From: Nitrososphaerota archaeon
GTDB lineage: Archaea > Thermoproteota > Nitrososphaeria_A > Caldarchaeales > Calditenuaceae
Assembly (NCBI GenBank): GCA_038741355.1
Contig: JAVYLC010000014.1
Coordinates: forward strand, 10,947 to 34,946
Reading direction: 5' to 3'
DNA length: 24,000 bases
The notes beneath the pieces were generated by a model. The model saw nothing but the letters and a program-made list of their open reading frames with translations. It had not been told where the DNA came from and did no database searches. The position numbers and the translations under genes were made by a program. Shown here piece after piece: positions 22,669-24,000 of this stretch; the first letter of the stretch is position 1; each line of letters opens with the position of its first letter.

Positions 22669-23516
22669 ACGAGAAACTAACTGCGAGAGACATAATCCAG
22701 CTCAAGAAGAAGGGGAGAAAAATAGTGATGATTACGGCTTATGACTATGCTTTCGCCCGACTAGTCGACCAGGCCGGTGTTGACATCATACTGGTTGGCG
22801 ACTCTGCCTCGATGGTTATGATGGGGTATAGGGACACGCGGTTTGTGACGCTCAGGGACATGATAACATTCTGCAAGTCGGTGTCACGCGGTGTTGAGAG
22901 GGCGCTGGTGGTGGGAGACATGCCATTCATGTCATTCCAAGTCTCGAAGGAGGAGGCGGTGCGGAATGCTGGGCGGCTGGTGAAGGATGGTATGGTTGAC
23001 GCAGTCAAGCTTGAGGGGGGCGTGGAGTACGCTGATATCGTCAGAGCCATCGTGAATGCCGGTATCCCCGTAATGGGGCATATCGGCCTAACCCCTCAGA
23101 GTGCCGCCACTAGCACAGGCTACAGGCTGGTAGCCAAGGAGGCGGAAGATGCGGTCAAGCTAGTTGAGGACGCAAAAGCTCTGGAGGAGGCAGGCGCCTT
23201 CGCCATAGTCGCCGAATACGTGACGGCAGAGGTTGCAGAATACATCACTAAACAGCTCAAGATACCAGTAATCGGGATAGGCTCTGGCCCTGGGTGCGAC
23301 GGCCAAGTACTCGTACTCCATGACGCCTTAGGACTTTACGAAAAATCACCACCCTTCTCCAAGCGATATGTGGACTTGGCGTCGATCGTTAAGGAGGCTA
23401 TCTCGAGATACAGGTCAGAGGTTCTAGAGGGAATGTTCCCATCTGAAGAGCATACAAAACACATGAAGAAGGAGGCGCTTGAAGAATTCCTTAACAGAGT
23501 AAGAAGGCCGGGATGA
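22665..23516 (+). CDS. panB: 3-methyl-2-oxobutanoate hydroxymethyltransferase (ketopantoate hydroxymethyltransferase)
   Basis: 283 aa. KIVMITAYDYAFARLVDQAGVDIILVGDSASMVMMGY...VVGDMPFMSFQ...VKLEGG...IPVMGHIGLTPQS...IGIGSGPGCDGQVLVLHDALG is canonical PanB. Confidence 0.95.
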   Translation: MNEKLTARDIIQLKKKGRKIVMITAYDYAFARLVDQAGVDIILVGDSASMVMMGYRDTRFVTLRDMITFCKSVSRGVERALVVGDMPFMSFQVSKEEAVRNAGRLVKDGMVDAVKLEGGVEYADIVRAIVNAGIPVMGHIGLTPQSAATSTGYRLVAKEAEDAVKLVEDAKALEEAGAFAIVAEYVTAEVAEYITKQLKIPVIGIGSGPGCDGQVLVLHDALGLYEKSPPFSKRYVDLASIVKEAISRYRSEVLEGMFPSEEHTKHMKKEALEEFLNRVRRPG

Positions 23517-24000
23517 GGATACTAGTCGTGGGTGCAGGCGCTCTAGGGATTTTGTTTGCCGGGATAATGAGCTGGAATGGTGGAGATATCGTGATACTCA
23601 CGCGGAGACGAGAGGCAGAAGAGGCTATCAGCTCGCAAGGAATAATCATCCGCAAGGGAGAGTCTTTATGGACAGCCCGGCCCGAATGCACAACCGACCC
23701 CAGTATAGCATCCACTGCAGATCTCTGCCTAATCTGCGTCAAATCATACGACACTGAGACCGTTGCGCGGATGGTCTCACCATATCTGAGTGAGCACTGC
23801 CTCGTAACCACAGTTCAGAATGGGCTCAACAACGTAGAGCGACTCTCCAATATATTCGGCCCGAACAGAGTAGTTGCAGGCTTCACATTACAGGCCTCCA
23901 CGCTTACAGGCTTAAACAGCGTCTTCCACGCCTACGATGGCGAAAGCGTACTAGGCTGCCACCCCAACACAACAACAACATTCGAGAAGATAAGACAAGT
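23513..24000 (+). CDS. panE: 2-dehydropantoate 2-reductase (ketopantoate reductase), N-terminal part; CDS runs off the window end
   Basis: Not in the ORF track because there is no stop before the window end. ATG 23513 overlaps the panB stop (ATGA). MRILVVGAGALGILFAG (Rossmann), CVKSYDTETV and VTTVQNGLNNVERL fit the ApbA/PanE N-terminal domain. There are no stops through 24000. Confidence 0.8.
   Translation, partial: MRILVVGAGALGILFAGIMSWNGGDIVILTRRREAEEAISSQGIIIRKGESLWTARPECTTDPSIASTADLCLICVKSYDTETVARMVSPYLSEHCLVTTVQNGLNNVERLSNIFGPNRVVAGFTLQASTLTGLNSVFHAYDGESVLGCHPNTTTTFEKIRQ

Noticed and set aside
18115-23811. Remaining nested ORFs (18115..18456, 18290..18472, 18969..20987 series, 21421..21609, 21652..21924, 22032..22244, 22320..22622, 22337..22549, 22745..23050, 23491..23811)
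   Set aside because: They are antisense or out of frame relative to the ACT, XDH-family, PoK, PPS, panB and panE genes. ORF 23491..23811 is antisense to the panE frame that the track missed.
1-24000. Scan for CRISPR repeats, tRNA/rRNA genes, inteins and defence-system gene signatures
   Set aside because: I saw no periodic direct repeats with spacers and no tRNA-like acceptor or T-arm signatures in intergenic regions. No intein-sized insertions appear in RNR or other hosts. No nuclease, ATPase or methylase gene sets were seen. This by-eye scan cannot exclude small or degenerate elements.

Overview
The window looks like a compact chromosomal core segment of a thermophilic crenarchaeon-type (Thermoprotei-like) archaeon. 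Three things support this. Hand-sampled coding lines are about 55-60% GC. Many genes have a TATA box centred 27-30 nt upstream of the start codon, which implies leaderless mRNAs. There are ATGA-type gene overlaps and GTG/TTG starts. All gene calls rest on motifs I recognise in the translated ORFs; no database search was run.

Gene order: pheS (partial, -), tRNA-splicing endonuclease structural-type subunit, UbiA-family DGGGP synthase, HD-domain phosphohydrolase, NAD-dependent epimerase (-), class II (B12) ribonucleotide reductase (-), tyrS, an HTH-ThiN fusion (-) coupled to a small unknown gene (-), an M20 dipeptidase, then a roughly 1.5 kb low-GC insertion. After the insertion come rpl7ae-rps28e-rpl24e, then ndk, carB and carA (all -), an ACT-domain protein, an orphan xanthine-dehydrogenase-family large subunit (-), and a four-gene archaeal CoA-precursor cluster (pantoate kinase, phosphopantothenate synthetase, panB, panE partial).

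The low-GC insertion carries a disrupted IS110-family transposase and about 0.5 kb of ORF-free sequence.

I found no tRNA, rRNA, CRISPR array or recognisable defence system, and nothing I can defend as a wholly new multi-gene system.

The signals most worth a second look are:
1. A textbook K-turn/K-loop hairpin that encloses the rpl7ae start codon, probably L7Ae autoregulation.
2. The IS110-like element, with an in-frame TAG, an A7 frame switch and a structured leader of about 114 nt behind a strong TATA box. This leader is a candidate guide/bridge-type ncRNA.
3. The unexplained ORF-free AT-rich tract to the left of the element.
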